Positions 24,501 to 38,020 of a stretch of 64,000 nt of DNA are shown piece by piece. The DNA comes from Mobula hypostoma (taxonomy: Eukaryota). Position 1 is the first letter of the stretch. Each line of letters opens with the position of its first letter. The stretch covers positions 4,154,001 through 4,218,000 of the forward strand of contig NC_086108.1 in assembly GCF_963921235.1 (NCBI RefSeq). Reading direction: 5' to 3'. The notes below the pieces were generated by a model that had not been told where the DNA came from, ran no database searches, and saw nothing but the letters and a program-made list of their open reading frames with translations. The translations under genes were made by a program, and so were the position numbers.

Positions 24501-24904
24501 ATATTATAACTTTTAAGCTTTGTCCTTTGAGGATGAGGGAGTGGCCACTGAAAATGCATGTTCCAGGATTTTCTATCCCAGAGGATTGTGGAGGCTGATG
24601 ACTGGGAAATGGAAGTGTTCTGGGGATACTGGGTGCCATGGGGAAGTGGTACAGCAGTGACGGAGCCTTGGGTAGATCAGCCATGATACTGAACATTGAG
24701 GTAGGCTGAAGAGGGCTGAGTGGCCTGTTCCAGGTGTGTTATCATTTACAGTACACGTGTGTCTGATAAGTGGATGACGTTGCTGTGGACTTCGGTCCTA
24801 CAGGAAACCGTGCCCATGTCTTTCCTGGTACAGTGTACACATATCTGAGTCAGCAAACCAGACTGACCTTTGTCCACACGCAGGTGACATGGAAAAGACG
24901 CCTT

Positions 24905-25660
24905 TGCCCAAGACAGTAAGACATTGGAGCAGAGTTGGGAAATTCAGCCCATCGAATCTGCCCCACCATTTCATCATGGCTGATTTATTATCCCTCTCAA
25001 ACCCATTCTCTTGCTTTCTCTCTGTAATCTTTGACACCCTGACTAATCAACCTCAACTTTAAATATACCCAAATGACTCGGCCTCCTCAGCCATTTGTGG
25101 CAATGAAGTCCACAAATTCGCCACCCTCTGGCTAAAGAAATTTTTCCTCACCTCTGTTCTAAAAGGACGTCCCTCTATTGTGAGGCTGTGCACTCTGATC
25201 CTAGACTCCCTCACTTTCGGAAACGCCCTCTCCATGGCCACGCTGTCTAGGGAAAGATTCCCAACCTGGACTCCTTGCTGAGTGCTCTTGGTCCATGGCA
25301 TCAAAAATGTTAAGAGCCCCTGATCCAGGCCTTTCAATATTCAATAGATTTCAGTGAGATCCTCCCCTCATTCTTCTGACCTTCAGCGAGTACGGACCCA
25401 GTGCAGTCAAACACCCCTCATGTCAACCCTTTTATACCCAGGATTATTTTTGTGAACCTCCTCTGGACCCACTCCAATGCCAGCACATCCTCTCATAGAT
25501 AACGGGCCCAAAACTGCTCACAATACTAGTGTGGTCTGACCAGTGCCTTATCAAGCCTCAGCATTACATCCTTGCCTTTATATCCTAGTCCTCTCGAAAT
25601 GAATGCTCACATTGCACTTGTCTTCCTCACCACAGACTCAATCTGCAAATTAACCTTTAA
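24905..25660 (-). mobile_element. CR1 3' fragment; plus-strand CR1 pieces follow at ~25925-26330 and ~26725-26860
   Basis: ESRIRVHSLTIEGRPFRTEVRKNFFSQRVANLW in ORF 25059-25337. Confidence 0.85.
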
Positions 25661-27114
25661 TGGACTTGTATGGTGCAGTGCTGGAGAGCACAAGACTGCG
25701 ACGGGGCTTGTTTAAAGAAAGCCTTTAAGGTTACAGGTTGCATGTTGGCTAGACCACAGACCACACTGGATTTGTCTTGACGGGTTAGCAAACTATCTCC
25801 ACCCACCCAGGTGTAATTTTAATCAATTCAGTATTCTGACACATCACCACCACTCTTAATAGTGGTCCCCTCCCCTAGTTAATGACTGGAAGGAGAAGTG
25901 CAAAATCCCATCTCTTGTTCTTTTCTATAATTGAAATCTATCAAATATTGAACAGCCTAGATAGAGTGGATGTGGAGAGCATGTTTCCAATACTGGGAGA
26001 GTCTCGGACCGGAGGGCACAGCCTCAGAATAGGCCATCCATCTAAGAGAGTGTATTGTGAGCAGTTTTAGGTCTCTCGTCTTGGGGAAAAAGCGTGTTGG
26101 TGTTGGCATTGGACATGGTCCAGAGGAGGATCATGATAATGATTCTGGGAAAGAAAGGGGTAACGTATAAGGGGTGTTTGACACCTCTGGGCCTGTACTC
26201 ACTGGAGTTTGAAGAATGAGAGAGGATCTCATTGAAACCTGCTGAATACTGAAAGGCCTAGCTAGAGACTATGTGGAGAGGGAGAGTCTAGCCCAGAGGG
26301 CACAGCCTCAGAAATAGAGGGATGTGCATCAAGAATACTGTAATCATTATGTGCTGTGTCATATGACCAGCATAATCATGATATTTTGACCATGATTGTT
26401 CTTGGCAAATTTTTCTACAGAAGTGGTTTGCCATTGCCACCTTCAGGGCGGTGTCTTTACAAGACGGGTGACCCCAGCCATTATCAATACTCTTCAGAGA
26501 TTGTCTGCCTGGGGTCAGTGGTCACATATCCAGGACTTGTGATCTGCACCGGCTGCTCGTACGACCATCCACCACCTGCTCCCATGGTTTCACTGACCCT
26601 GACCATAGGGAGGAACACTGAGCAGATGCTGCACCTTGCCCAAGGGTGACCTGCAGGCTAGCGGAGGGAAGGAGAGCTTTTCACTTCCATTGGTAAAGGG
26701 GTATCTCCACCACACCATCCCCATAGCAGATAAGTTCTTGATTGGTCAGGGCGTCAAAGGTTACAGGAAGAAGGCAGGAGAATGAGGTTGAGAGTGATGA
26801 TAAATCAGCCATGATGGAACAGCCTAAGTGGGCTGAATGGCCTCATTCTGGTCCTATGTATATAATTTAATTCAATGTTGTGCCGACCATGTAACCTACT
26901 CAAGAAGCTGCCTGTTAGCACGGCGCTGTTACAGCTTGGGATGTTGGAGTTCAGAGTTCACTCCCAGCTCCCTCTGTAAGAAAGTTTGTATTTTCCTTCC
27001 CGTGTGCGTGTGGGTTTCTGCCTTCCTCCCGCAGTCCAAAGAAGTAGCAATTGGTGGATGAATTGGTCATTGAAGACTGTTCTGTGATTAGGCTAGGGTT
27101 AAACCGGGGGAGTG

Positions 27115-27370
27115 CCAGCTGGTGGTGTAGTAGTGTCAGCGCTGGACTTCGGGGCGAGAGGTCCGGAGTCGAATCCGGACGGCTCCCCTGCAAGCTCTCC
27201 ATCCGTGCCTGCGTTGAGTGTCGAGCTAACAACTCGACCTTGTAAAAAAAAAACCTGGAGAGGGATGGGCTCCGCCAGGTTTCAGATGCCTAAGACACGC
27301 TGTACGATGAGCATACCAAAAAGATCGGTGCAAAAAGCTTGTCATGACGGGGCGTGCACGCACACATACA
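27115..27370 (+). mobile_element. tRNA-headed SINE nested in a V-SINE
   Basis: A-box-like TGGTGTAGTAGTG and B-box-like GAGTCGAATCC, CpG-rich, with an internal A-tract and a CA-rich tail. Confidence 0.55.
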
Positions 27371-27904
27371 GACACACAGACACACACACTCCCTCCCCCT
27401 CCTGCGTGCTGCAGCTTGAGGGGCTGGAGGTGCCCATTCCAGGTTGTATCTCAATAAATAAACAAACAAGGTGGAGAAGTTGTCTTGTGTAATATTCGTA
27501 CAGATCAAATCATCACACAGTGCATTGACCTAGAATAAAGTGCAAAATTACTGAAAGAAATGAAAATACAAGGTCGTATTGAGGTCAAGTTCATCTCATC
27601 CTACGAGGGGACCTCTGATAACAGCAGAGTAGAAACTGTCCTTGGCCCTGGTGGGACATGCTTTCGGGTTTTTGTATTTTGAGAGGGAGGGAGAAGAGAG
27701 AGCGTCTGGGTGGGTGGGGTCTTTGATTATGCTGGCTGCTTCACTGAGGTGGTGGGAAGTGCATGATGTCCTGAGCTGTGTCCACAACTCTCTCTAGCTT
27801 CTTGTTATTTTATCTCATTCTTCCCCAGTGCAATATATAATGATCTGATTGGTTTGACAGTGTGCGAGACAAGTTCTTCACTGCATCTCGATACATGAGA
27901 GCAC

Positions 27905-28750
27905 CAGATATCAGAGCAGAATTAGGCCATTTGGCCCGTCGAGTCTCCTCAGCCATTTCATCATGGCTGATCCATTTTCCCTCTCAGCCCCAATTTCCTG
28001 CCTTCTCTCTATATCCCTTCATGCCCTGACTAATCAAGAACCTGTTATCCTCTGTTTTAAATATACTGAATGACTTGGCCTCCACAGCTGCCTGTAACAA
28101 TGAATTCCACAGATTCACCACTCTCTGGCTAAAGAAATTCCACCTCGTTCCGTTCTAAATGGACACCCCTCTATTCTGAGGCCGTGGAATCCCCCACCAT
28201 GGGAAACATCCTCTCCACATCCGCTCTATCAAGCCCTTTCAACATTCGTTAGATTTCAATAGATCTCCACTCATTCTTCTGAATCCCACTGAGTGCAGGC
28301 CCAGAGCCATCAAACGCTCCTCATATGAAAAGCCTTCCAATCCTGGAATCATTTTCGTGAACCTCCTTTGAACCCTCTCCAATGTCAGCACATCTTTTCT
28401 GAAAAAGGCCCAAAACTGCTCACAACACTTAAACTGAGGCCTCACCACTGCTTTATAAATTCGCAACATTACATCTTTGCTTTTATATACCAGTTCTCTG
28501 GAAATGAATGCTAACATTACTTACTCAACCTATAAATTAACCTTTAGGGAATTCCATGAATGTCCCTTTGTAACTCAGATTTTTGAATTTTCTCCCTGTT
28601 TAGAAAATAGTCAACTCTTTTATTTATTCTATCAAAGTGCATGACCATACACTTCCCGACACGGTATTGCATTTGCCATTTTTTTGCCTATTCTGTCTGA
28701 ATCCTTCTGTAGCCTCTCTGCTTCCTCAACACTACCTCTCCCTTCACCTG
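27905..28750 (-). mobile_element. CR1 3' fragment
   Basis: ORF 28239-28517 MLAFISRELVYKSKDVMLRIYKAVVRP...LERVQRRFTKMIPGL. Confidence 0.9.
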
Positions 28751-29000
28751 TCTTGGTATCATACATCTGACAGTGATGCACCAATTCCAGTTCCAAAAGC
28801 TCCTGAATGTACACTGCTCATCAATTTGCTGTTTCCAAGCCGAACCAGCCCAGGCAGCAGAGGTTGCTGTGAACTGATCTTTCCATTGTCTGCCTCTGTC
28901 CACACCTTCCCATGAGAGGTTGCAGCGTATAAAATCTTATCCTTGCTGGTTGGTTCTAAACCCTGGAAGGATGGTTTTACAGGTAGGAGCTGCAGGAGTT

Positions 29001-30413
29001 CAGGTCCCACACCACCAGGTTCAGGAACAGTTATTACCCCTCATCCATCAGGCTCCTGAACCAGTGTGGATAACTTCACTCACCACAATGAGCCTCAGGT
29101 CCCACACCACCAGGTTCAGGAACAGTTATTACCCCACAACCATCAGGCTCCTGAACCAGTGTGGATAACTTCACTCACCACAATGAGCCTCAGGTCCCAC
29201 ACCACCAGGTTCAGGAACAGTTATTACCCCACAACCATCAGGCTCCTGAACCAGTGTGGATAACTTCACTCACCACAATGAGCCTCAGGTCCCACACCAC
29301 CAGGTTCAGGAACAGTTATTACCCCACAACCATCAGGCTCCTGAACCAGTGTGGATAACTTCACTCACCACAATGAGCCTCAGGTCCCACACCACCAGGT
29401 TCAGGAACAGTTATTACCCCACAGCCATCAGGCTCCTGAACCAGTGTGGATAACTTCACTCATCACAATGAGCCTTCAGTCCCACACCACCAGGTTCAGG
29501 AACAGTTATTACCCCACAACCATCAGCCTCCTGAACCAGTGTGGATAACTTCACTCACCACAATGAGCCTCAGGTCCCACACCACCAGGTTCAGGAACAG
29601 TTATCACCCCACAACCATCAGGCTCCTGAACCAGTGTGGATAACTTCACTCACCACAATGAGCCTCAGGTCCCACACCACCAGCTTCAGGAACAGTTATT
29701 ACCCCTCAACCATCAGGCTCCTGAACCAGTGTGGATAACTTCACTCACCACAATGAGCCTCAGGTCCCACACCACCAGGTTCAGGAACAGTTATTACCCC
29801 ACAACCATCAGGCTCCTGAACCAGTGTGGATAACTTCACTCACCACAATGAGCCTCAGGTCCCACACCACCAGGTTCAGGAACAGTTATTACCCCACAAC
29901 CATCAGGCTCCTGAACCAGTGTGGATAACTTCACTCACCACAATGAGCCTCGGGTCCCACACCACCAGGTTCAGGAACAGTTATTACCCCACAGCCATCA
30001 GGCTCCTGAACCAGTGTGGATAACTTCACTCACCACAATGAGCCTCAGGTCCCACACCACCAGCTTCAGGAACAGTTATTACCCCTCAACCATCAGGCTC
30101 CTGAACCAGTGTGGATAACTTCACTCACCACAATGAGCCTCAGGTCCCACACCACCAGGTTCAGGAACAGTTATTACCCCACAACCATCAGGCTCCTGAA
30201 CCAGTGTGGATAACTTCACTCACCACAATGAGCCTCAGACCCCACACCACCAGGTTCAGGAACAGTTATTACCCCTCAACCATCAGGCTCCTGAACCAGT
30301 GTGGATAACTTCACTCACCACAATGAGCCTCAGGTCCCACACCACCAGGTTCAGGAACAGTTATTACCCTACAACCATCAGGCTCCTGAACCAGTGTGGA
30401 TAACTTCACTCAC
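29001..30413 (+). repeat. 95-bp tandem array (~15 copies) derived from a Rex1/Babar-like LINE ORF2 end; the LINE 3' UTR continues to ~31080
   Basis: Exact 95-bp period (29001, 29096 ... 30331); unit CAGGTCCCACACCACCAGGTTCAGGAACAGTTATTACCCCACAACCATCAGGCTCCTGAACCAGTGTGGATAACTTCACTCACCACAATGAGCCT. Confidence 0.97.
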
Positions 30414-31454
30414 CTCAACTCTGAACTGATTCTACAACCTACAGACTCGCTTCCAAGGACTCTACAACTCATTGTCTCTGAATTGTTTATTATTTTGTAC
30501 TTGCATAGTTGATCTTCTTTTGAACATGGGTTGTTTCTCAATCTTTGTTTATATATCGTTTGTTTATTATGTGCCGTGTCGTATGATGTGGGCGATCATG
30601 GTCTTTCCATGACCGTGATTGTTCTTGGCAAATTTTTCTACAGAAGTGGTTTGCCATTGTCTTCTTCTGGGCAGTGTCTTTATAAGATGGGTGACCCCAG
30701 CCATTATCAATACTCTTCAGAGATTGTCTGCCTGATGTCAGTGGTCACATAACCAGGACTTGTCATATGTACCAGCTGGTCATACGACCATCCATCACCT
30801 GCTCCCATGGCTTCATGTGACCATGATCCAGGGGGTGGGCTAAGTAGATGCTACACCTTGCCCAAGGGTGACCTGCAGTCTAGCAGAGGGAAGGAGCACC
30901 TTACACCTCCTTTGGTAGAGCCTTATCTCCACGCCAACATGCATTGTTTACGTATAGTTTTCCATAAATTCTATTGTATTTCTTTATGTTCCTGTAAATG
31001 GCCGCAGGAAAATGAATCTCAGGGTAGTATGTGGTGACATGTACATAATTTGATAATAAATTTATTTTTGACGTTGACCTTGCATGCAGGGAATTGAGCT
31101 CCTAACGGTTAGAAGTTAGGCTGTAGTAATCATGCCCACAGATGGCACAGTGGGTGATGGAGCTGCTTGACCCAGGTTCAGTCCTGACATCTGCTGCTGG
31201 CGGTGTAGAGCGAGCGTCCTTCTGGGCAGCGTGGCAGTGTACCGGTTAGTGTAATGCTTTACAGAGCCAGAACTCACCAGTTACCTCACTATTTCTAACT
31301 CTCGTTTTGCACTACATATTTCAGAATCACTGGCATATATCATGAAACTTGATGACTTTGTGGCAGCAGAACAATGCAATCAATACGTGATAATTAAATA
31401 GTTAAATGAGTAGTGCAGAAATAGAAACTGTAAAAAGCAGTGAGGTGGTGGTGT

Positions 31455-31950
31455 TCATGCACCATCGAGAGCATCGTAACAAACTTCATCTCCATCTGGT
31501 GTGGGGCAGCCGACCATTGGACCGAAAGTCCCTCACAACGGACTGTGAGAACGGCCGTGAGGATCATAGGGGTCTCCCTACCATTCATCAGGGACATTTA
31601 TCAGGAGCGCTGCATACGCAGGGCCCTCAGCGTTATCAAGGATCCCACCCACCCATCCAGCAACCTCTGACTTTCTCCCATCAGGCAGGAGACTCCGATG
31701 CATAAAGACAAGGAGAGTCGGGGTGGGAAACAGCTTCTTCCCCAAGACCATTAGGCTTCTGAACTCCCTGCTGCATCATATTCGAAGTGTCACTGGATAA
31801 TTTGTACTGCACCCTACAATATTTAATTTATGCACTTTGGTTACTTATGCATAATTCATTTGCAGATTTTATCCTTACTTTCCTAAGTTATTGTGCGTTA
31901 TCTTTGTGTTATGAGTACTACAGTGGTTTGGAGAAACATTGTCTCATTTG
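31455..31950 (+). mobile_element. Rex1/Babar-like LINE 3' fragment (different subfamily)
   Basis: CTIESIVTNFISIWCG...QRTVRTAVRIIGVSLP..DIYQERCIRRALSVIKDPTHP. Confidence 0.8.
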
Positions 31951-32439
31951 AGTTCAGGTTTAAGTTCAAGTTTATTGTCATCTGGCTGTAAGTATATGCA
32001 GCCAAACAAAACAGTGTTCCTCTGGATCACAGTGACCACAAAACCTTTATCACACACAGCACAAAAGAGACTATCATAAATAAGATAAAATATAATTCAA
32101 AAATGCGTGTAGCACAGAGCACAGGTAAACAGGATAAGAAATTTCACTGTTGCTTGGAGCCGGTGTGGCCATTGTGACCGTGCGTGCCACCATCTTGTGA
32201 CATAATATCTTGGTGGATATTCTAAATATCCAGCAGAATCCGAATCAGGTTTATTATCACAAGCATATGTTGTGAATTTGATGTTAGGTGGCAGCAATAC
32301 CTTGCAGTACATAATAAAATCTAAATTACAGTAATTAGTATTTTTTTTTCAAGAAGTAGTACAAAAAAGATTAGTGAGGTAGTGTTCATTTAGAAATCGG
32401 ATGGCAGAGGTGAAGAAGCTGTTCCTGAGTCATTCTGAG

Positions 32440-33026
32440 TGAGATCGGTTCGCTGAACACCTACGCTCTGTCCGCCAGAGAAAGCAGGATCTCCCAGTGG
32501 CCACACATTTTAATTCCACGTCCCATTCCCATTCTGACATGTCTATCCACGGCCTCCTCTACTGTAAAGATGAAGCCACACTCAGGTTGGAGGAACAACA
32601 CCTTATATTCCGTCTGGGTAGCCTCCAACCTGATGGCATGAACATTGACTTCTCAAACTTCTGGTAATACCCCACCTCCCCCCACCCATCTCCTTCACCC
32701 ACCTGATCTCCTTTCCTGCCCATCGCCTCCCTCTGGTGGTCCTCCCCTCTTTCCTTTCTTCCATGGTTTTCTGTCCTCTCCTGTCAGACTCCCCCTTCTC
32801 CAGCCCTGCATCTCTTTCACCAATCTACTTCCCAGCACTCTATTTCAGCCCTCTCCTTCTGGTTTTACCTATCGCCTGGTAGTTCTCTCTCCCTCCCCCA
32901 CCTTTTCACTCTACTCCTCATCTTTTTTCCTCCAGTCCTGACGAAGGGTCTCTGCCAAAACATCGACTGTACCCCTCTCCATCGATGCTGCCTGGCCTGC
33001 TGAGTTCCTCCAGCAGTTTGTGTGTT
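32440..33026 (+). mobile_element. Penelope-like 3' fragment with a mutated hammerhead (32934-32968)
   Basis: 32445-32660 is near-identical to 16780-16995 (GIY-YIG C-half); the GAAAC box is mutated to AAAAC. Confidence 0.88.
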
Positions 33027-34684
33027 ATTATATATATACGTACATATTAATATTGTCATTTAGTTTTTCTATATTTACCACGTATTGCCTTGTACTGCTG
33101 CCACAAAGTTAACAAGTCACGACTTACTAAACCTGATTCTGACATACTGTCACTTTGATGGTAGCCTGATGGATGTCGGTGACAGTAAACCTGGGTCTGA
33201 TGCTGTTATTGTTACCCGTTGTTCTGTGATCTGCCGTCAGCTGACTTGTGTACAGAGAGTCCGTGCCAAAAGCAGCGATGTATTGATAAATTGGGGTGCT
33301 GGGGTGGGAACTGCGTGTAAAGTTGGGGGGTCAGTCATCACAAGGGATCGTGTCAGCGGGTGGAGATGTGGGGGAGATTTTCATGTTTGTGTGTGTGGGA
33401 AGGGAATAGCAGGGTTAAATTAGTGATTCATAGGACAAGCTCCTCTTAAAAACCAAATGCACAAAGATGTGTAAAAGGGCCTGGGTGTTTAGTCTATTAA
33501 TATCTCTGAATAGTAACTCGCAAGATAATGAATGGAGCTCTTTGGTTGGGAAACTCTGGGCACACATCTTTCAGCTGCAGACATAGGTTGTGAGTCAGAT
33601 AGATAATGAGGCTCCTTCCTCAGCAGTTGCTCAGCAGAGCGCTAATCCTGACAAGCCCTCAGATTCTCTGAAGTGTTTTGAACCTCTTGAGGAGCCCTGA
33701 TCCCTTCTCTGAAAGGGAGAGGGCCACTTCACGCCTGCGAAATGGATAACATAATGCTAACACAGAGTCAGCTGCCCGAGTTCAGTTCTCAGTAGCATTC
33801 TCCCTGTGACCGCGTAGCTTTGCACCCATATTCCAAAGACAGTTTGTTTTTTTGTGCGGCGGGGGCGGGGGGCAGAGTCGGTGGGTTTTTTGAACAACAC
33901 CGTGGCTTTCTTTGTGTCGTGGCTATCTGGTAAAGATGAATCTCAGAGTTGTATACTGCATAAGTACTTTAATAAATGAACCTTTGAGTGTTTGAAGACA
34001 TCCGGGATAGTCTCCAACCTGATGGCTTGAATATTGATTTCTTCTTCTGGTAAAAAAAAATTCGCTCCCCTCTCCTCTTCTTTTCCCCACTCTGGCCTCT
34101 TACCTCTTCTGACCTCTCTATCACCTGCCAATTGGTTCCCCCTCTCCTATGTCCACTCACCTCTTCTATCAGATTCCTTCCTCTCTAGCCCTTGACCTTT
34201 CCCACCTGCCTGGCTTCACCCATCACCTTCCAGCTGTCCTCTCTCTCCTCCCCCCACCCCTTTCCGGTCCTGATTAAAGGTCTTGGCCCAAAATGTCAAC
34301 TGTTTATTCATTTCCATAGGTGCTGCCTGGCCTGCCGAGTTCCTCTGACACTTTGTGTGTGTGTGTGTTGATTATGGGTTAATCAGTTAACTAGTCAGAA
34401 GGGTGTAATTGGGTGACGCAGGCTCGTCAGGCCAGGAGGGCTGATTACCATAACGTACCTCTAAATAACTGGGGTGTAACCAGTTCCCGGCTGGTCTTCT
34501 GGACGGAGCTTGTTCACTGGGAAGGATTGAAAAAGATCTGCATGTCCATAAGAGCCAAGGTTGAGGCTTTGTTTCTGCTGAGTTTGCTCGCTGGAGAGAG
34601 GTGACACACACAAAACTCATCAGAGAGGCAGCATCTATGGAGAGGAATAACCAATCAACGTTTCGGCCTGAGATCCTTCAAAGG

Positions 34685-35330
34685 TCAAAGTAAATTTATA
34701 TACATACGTGTCAGCATATACAACCTTGAGATTCATTTTCTTGTGGGCAATCACAGTAAATACAAAGAAATCTGACAATCAATGAACCTCGGGGTTGTAC
34801 ATGGTGAAGATATGTACTTTGATAATAAAACTTATAAAAACCAGACACAAGACGACAAACGATCAATCTACAAAAGACAACTCTGTAAATACAAAAAGAA
34901 AAAGCCCAAAGTAATAATAAATAAGCAAGCAATAAATATCAAGGACAAAGAATAATAACCACAACAGAATCAATGAAAGACCGCCCAACTAGGACGTTCA
35001 ACCAGTGTGCAGATGACAACAAACTGTGTGAATGCAAAAAGAAAGTCATAATAATAGTTACAAATAAGAAGCAAAAATATTGAGAACATGAGATGAAGAG
35101 TCCTTGAAAGTGGGTCCATTGGTTGTGGGAATAGTTCAGTGTTAGATTGAGTGAAGTTATCCCTGCTCATTCAGGATCCTGATGGTTGAGAGGCAATGAC
35201 TGTTCCTGAACCTGGTGATGCAAGTCCTGAGGCTCCTGTACCTTCCTCCTGATGGAGCAGCAAGAAGAGAGCATGTCCGGGGTGGTGGGGGCCCCTGATG
35301 ATGGACTTTGCTTTCCTGCGACAACACTTC
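34685..35330 (-). mobile_element. Rex1/Babar-like 3' end and 3' UTR fragments
   Basis: PSGGRYRSLRTCITRFRNS and the shared tail GAAAATGAATCTCA.GGTTGTATATG..TACTTTGA. Confidence 0.75.
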
Positions 35331-35444
35331 TTCTCTTTCTTCACTCAGAAACACCCAGGAGGACAAGAGGGTTAAGGCCAAGCCTTTGAAGTGACCCTCC
35401 GTTCCCACAAAACAACGCAGCTAAGGCTGTCACCAGTGATGGGG

Positions 35445-38020
35445 TCACCTGGACTGTAGCCCCATGACAGACACCTCTGTTCTTTACCTGGACTGTAGCC
35501 CCATGACAGACACCTCTGTTCTTCACCGGGACTGTAATCCCCATGACAGACACCTCTGTTCTTCACCTGGACTGTAGCCCCATGACAGACACCTCTGTTC
35601 TTCACCTGGACTGTAGCCCCATGACAGACACCTCTGTTCTTCACCTGGACTGTAGCCCCATGACAGACACCTCTGTTATTCACCTGGACTGTAATCCCCA
35701 TGACAGACACCTCTGTTCTTTACCTGGACCGTAATCCCCATGACAGACACCTCTGTTCTTCACCGGGACTGTAATCCCCATGACAGGTGCCTCTGTTCTT
35801 CACCTGGACTGTAGCCCCATGACAGACACCTCTGTTCTTCACCTGGACTGTAGTCCCATGACAGACACCTCTGTTCTTTACCTGGACTGTAATCCCCATG
35901 ACAGACACCTCTGTTCTTCACCGGGACTGTAATCCCCATGACAGACACCTCTGTTCTTCACCTGGACTGTAGCCCCATGACAGACACCTCTGTTCTTTAC
36001 CTGGACTGTAGCCCCATGACAGACACCTCTGTTCTTCACCTGGACTGTAGCCCCATGACAGACACCTCTGTTCTTTACCTGGACTGTAATCCCCATGACA
36101 GACACCTCTGTTCTTCACCTGGACTGTAGTCCCATGACAGACACCTCTGTTCTTCACCTGGACTGTAATCCCCATGACAGACACCTCTGTTCTTCACCTG
36201 GACTGTAGCCCCATGACAGACACCTCTGTTCTTCACCTGGACTGTAGCCCCATGACAGACACCTCTGTTCTTCACCTGGACTGTAATCCCCATGACAGAC
36301 ACCTCTGTTCTTCACCTGGACTGTAGTCCCCATGACAGACACCTCTGTTCTTCACCTGGACTGTAGTCCCATGACAGACACCTCTGTTCTTTACCTGGAC
36401 TGTAATCCCCATGACAGACACCTCTGTTCTTCACCTGGACTGTAATCCCCATGACAGACACCTCTGTTCTTCACCTGGACTGTAGCCCCATGACAGACAC
36501 CTCTGTTCTTTACCTGGACTGTAATCCCCATGACAGACACCTCTGTTCTTCACCTGGACTGTAGCCCCATGACAGACACCTCTGTTCTTCACCTGGACTG
36601 TAATCCCCATGACAGACACCTCTGTTCTTCACCTGGACTGTAATCCCCATGACAGACACCTCTGTTCTTCACCTGGACTGTAATCCCCATGACAGGTGCC
36701 TCTGTTCTTCACCTGGACTGTAATCCCCATGACAGGTGCCTCTGTTCTTCACCTGGACTGTAATCCCCATGACAGACACCTCTGTTCTTCACCTGGACTG
36801 TAGTCCCCATGACAGACACCTCTGTTCTTCACCTGGACTGTAGTCCCCATGACAGACACCTCTGTTCTTCACCTGGACTGTAGTCCCCATGACAGACACC
36901 TCTGTTCTTCACCTGGACTGTAGTCCCCATGACAGACACCTCTGTTCTTCACCTGGACTGTAGTCCCCATGACAGACACCTCTGTTCTTCACCTGGACTG
37001 TAATCCCCATGACAGGTGCCTCTGTTCTTCACCTGGACTGTAATCCCCATGACAGACACCTCTGTTCTTCACCTGGACTGTAGCCCCATGACAGACACCT
37101 CTGTTCTTTACCTGGACTGTAATCCCCATGACAGACACCTCTGTTCTTCACCTGGACTGTAGCCCCATGACAGACACCTCTGTTCTTCACCTGGACTGTA
37201 ATCCCCATGACAGACACCTCTGTTCTTCACCTGGACTGTAATCCCCATGACAGACACCTCTGTTCTTCACCTGGACTGTAGTCCCATGACAGACACCTCT
37301 GTTCTTCACCTGGACTGTAATCCCCATGACAGACACCTCTGTTCTTCACCTGGACTGTAGTCCCATGACAGACACCTCTGTTCTTCACCTGGACTGTAAT
37401 CCCCATGACAGACACCTCTGTTCTTCACCTGGACTGTAGTCCCATGACAGACACCTCTGTTCTTCACCTGGACTGTAATCCCCATGACAGACACCTCTGT
37501 TCTTCACCTGGACTGTAGTCCCATGACAGACACCTCTGTTCTTCACCTGGACTGTAATCCCCATGACAGGTGCCTCTGTTCTTCACCTGGACTGTAATCC
37601 CCATGACAGATGCCTCTGTTCTTCACCTGGACTGTAATCCCCATGACAGATGCCTCTGTTCTTCACCTGGACTGTAATCCCCATGACAGGTGCCTCTGTT
37701 CTTCACCTGGACTGTAATCCCCATGACAGATGCCTCTGTTCTTCACCTGGACTGTAATCCCCATGACAGACACCTCTGTTCTTCACCTGGACTGTAGTCC
37801 CATGACAGACACCTCTGTTCTTCACCTGGACTGTAGTCCCATGACAGACACCTCTGTTCTTCACCTGGACTGTAATCCCCATGACAGACACCTCTGTTCT
37901 TCACCTGGACTGTAATCCCCATGACAGACACCTCTGTTCTTCACCTGGACTGTAGCCCCATGACAGACACCTCTGTTCTTCACCTGGACTGTAATCCCCA
38001 TGACAGGTGCCTCTGTTCTT
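35445..38020. repeat. 39/40-bp minisatellite, ~65 copies
   Basis: Unit CCTGGACTGTA(ATCCCC/GCCCC/GTCCC/GTCCCC)ATGACAGACACCTCTGTTCTT(C/T)A. Confidence 0.97.

Noticed and set aside
27117..27188. tRNA gene
   Set aside because: Has A/B-box-like motifs but runs into a SINE body inside another SINE; no convincing cloverleaf or terminator.
29066..30403. Series of 65-aa ORFs
   Set aside because: Frame-rotating translation of the 95-bp repeat.
29001..30413. CRISPR-like array (regular period, palindromic unit)
   Set aside because: Units are head-to-tail with no unique spacers, derive from LINE coding sequence, and no cas genes are present.
35445..38020. CRISPR-like array or repeat-protein ORFs
   Set aside because: No spacers; mixed 39/40-bp units shift frame, so the ORFs are artefacts.
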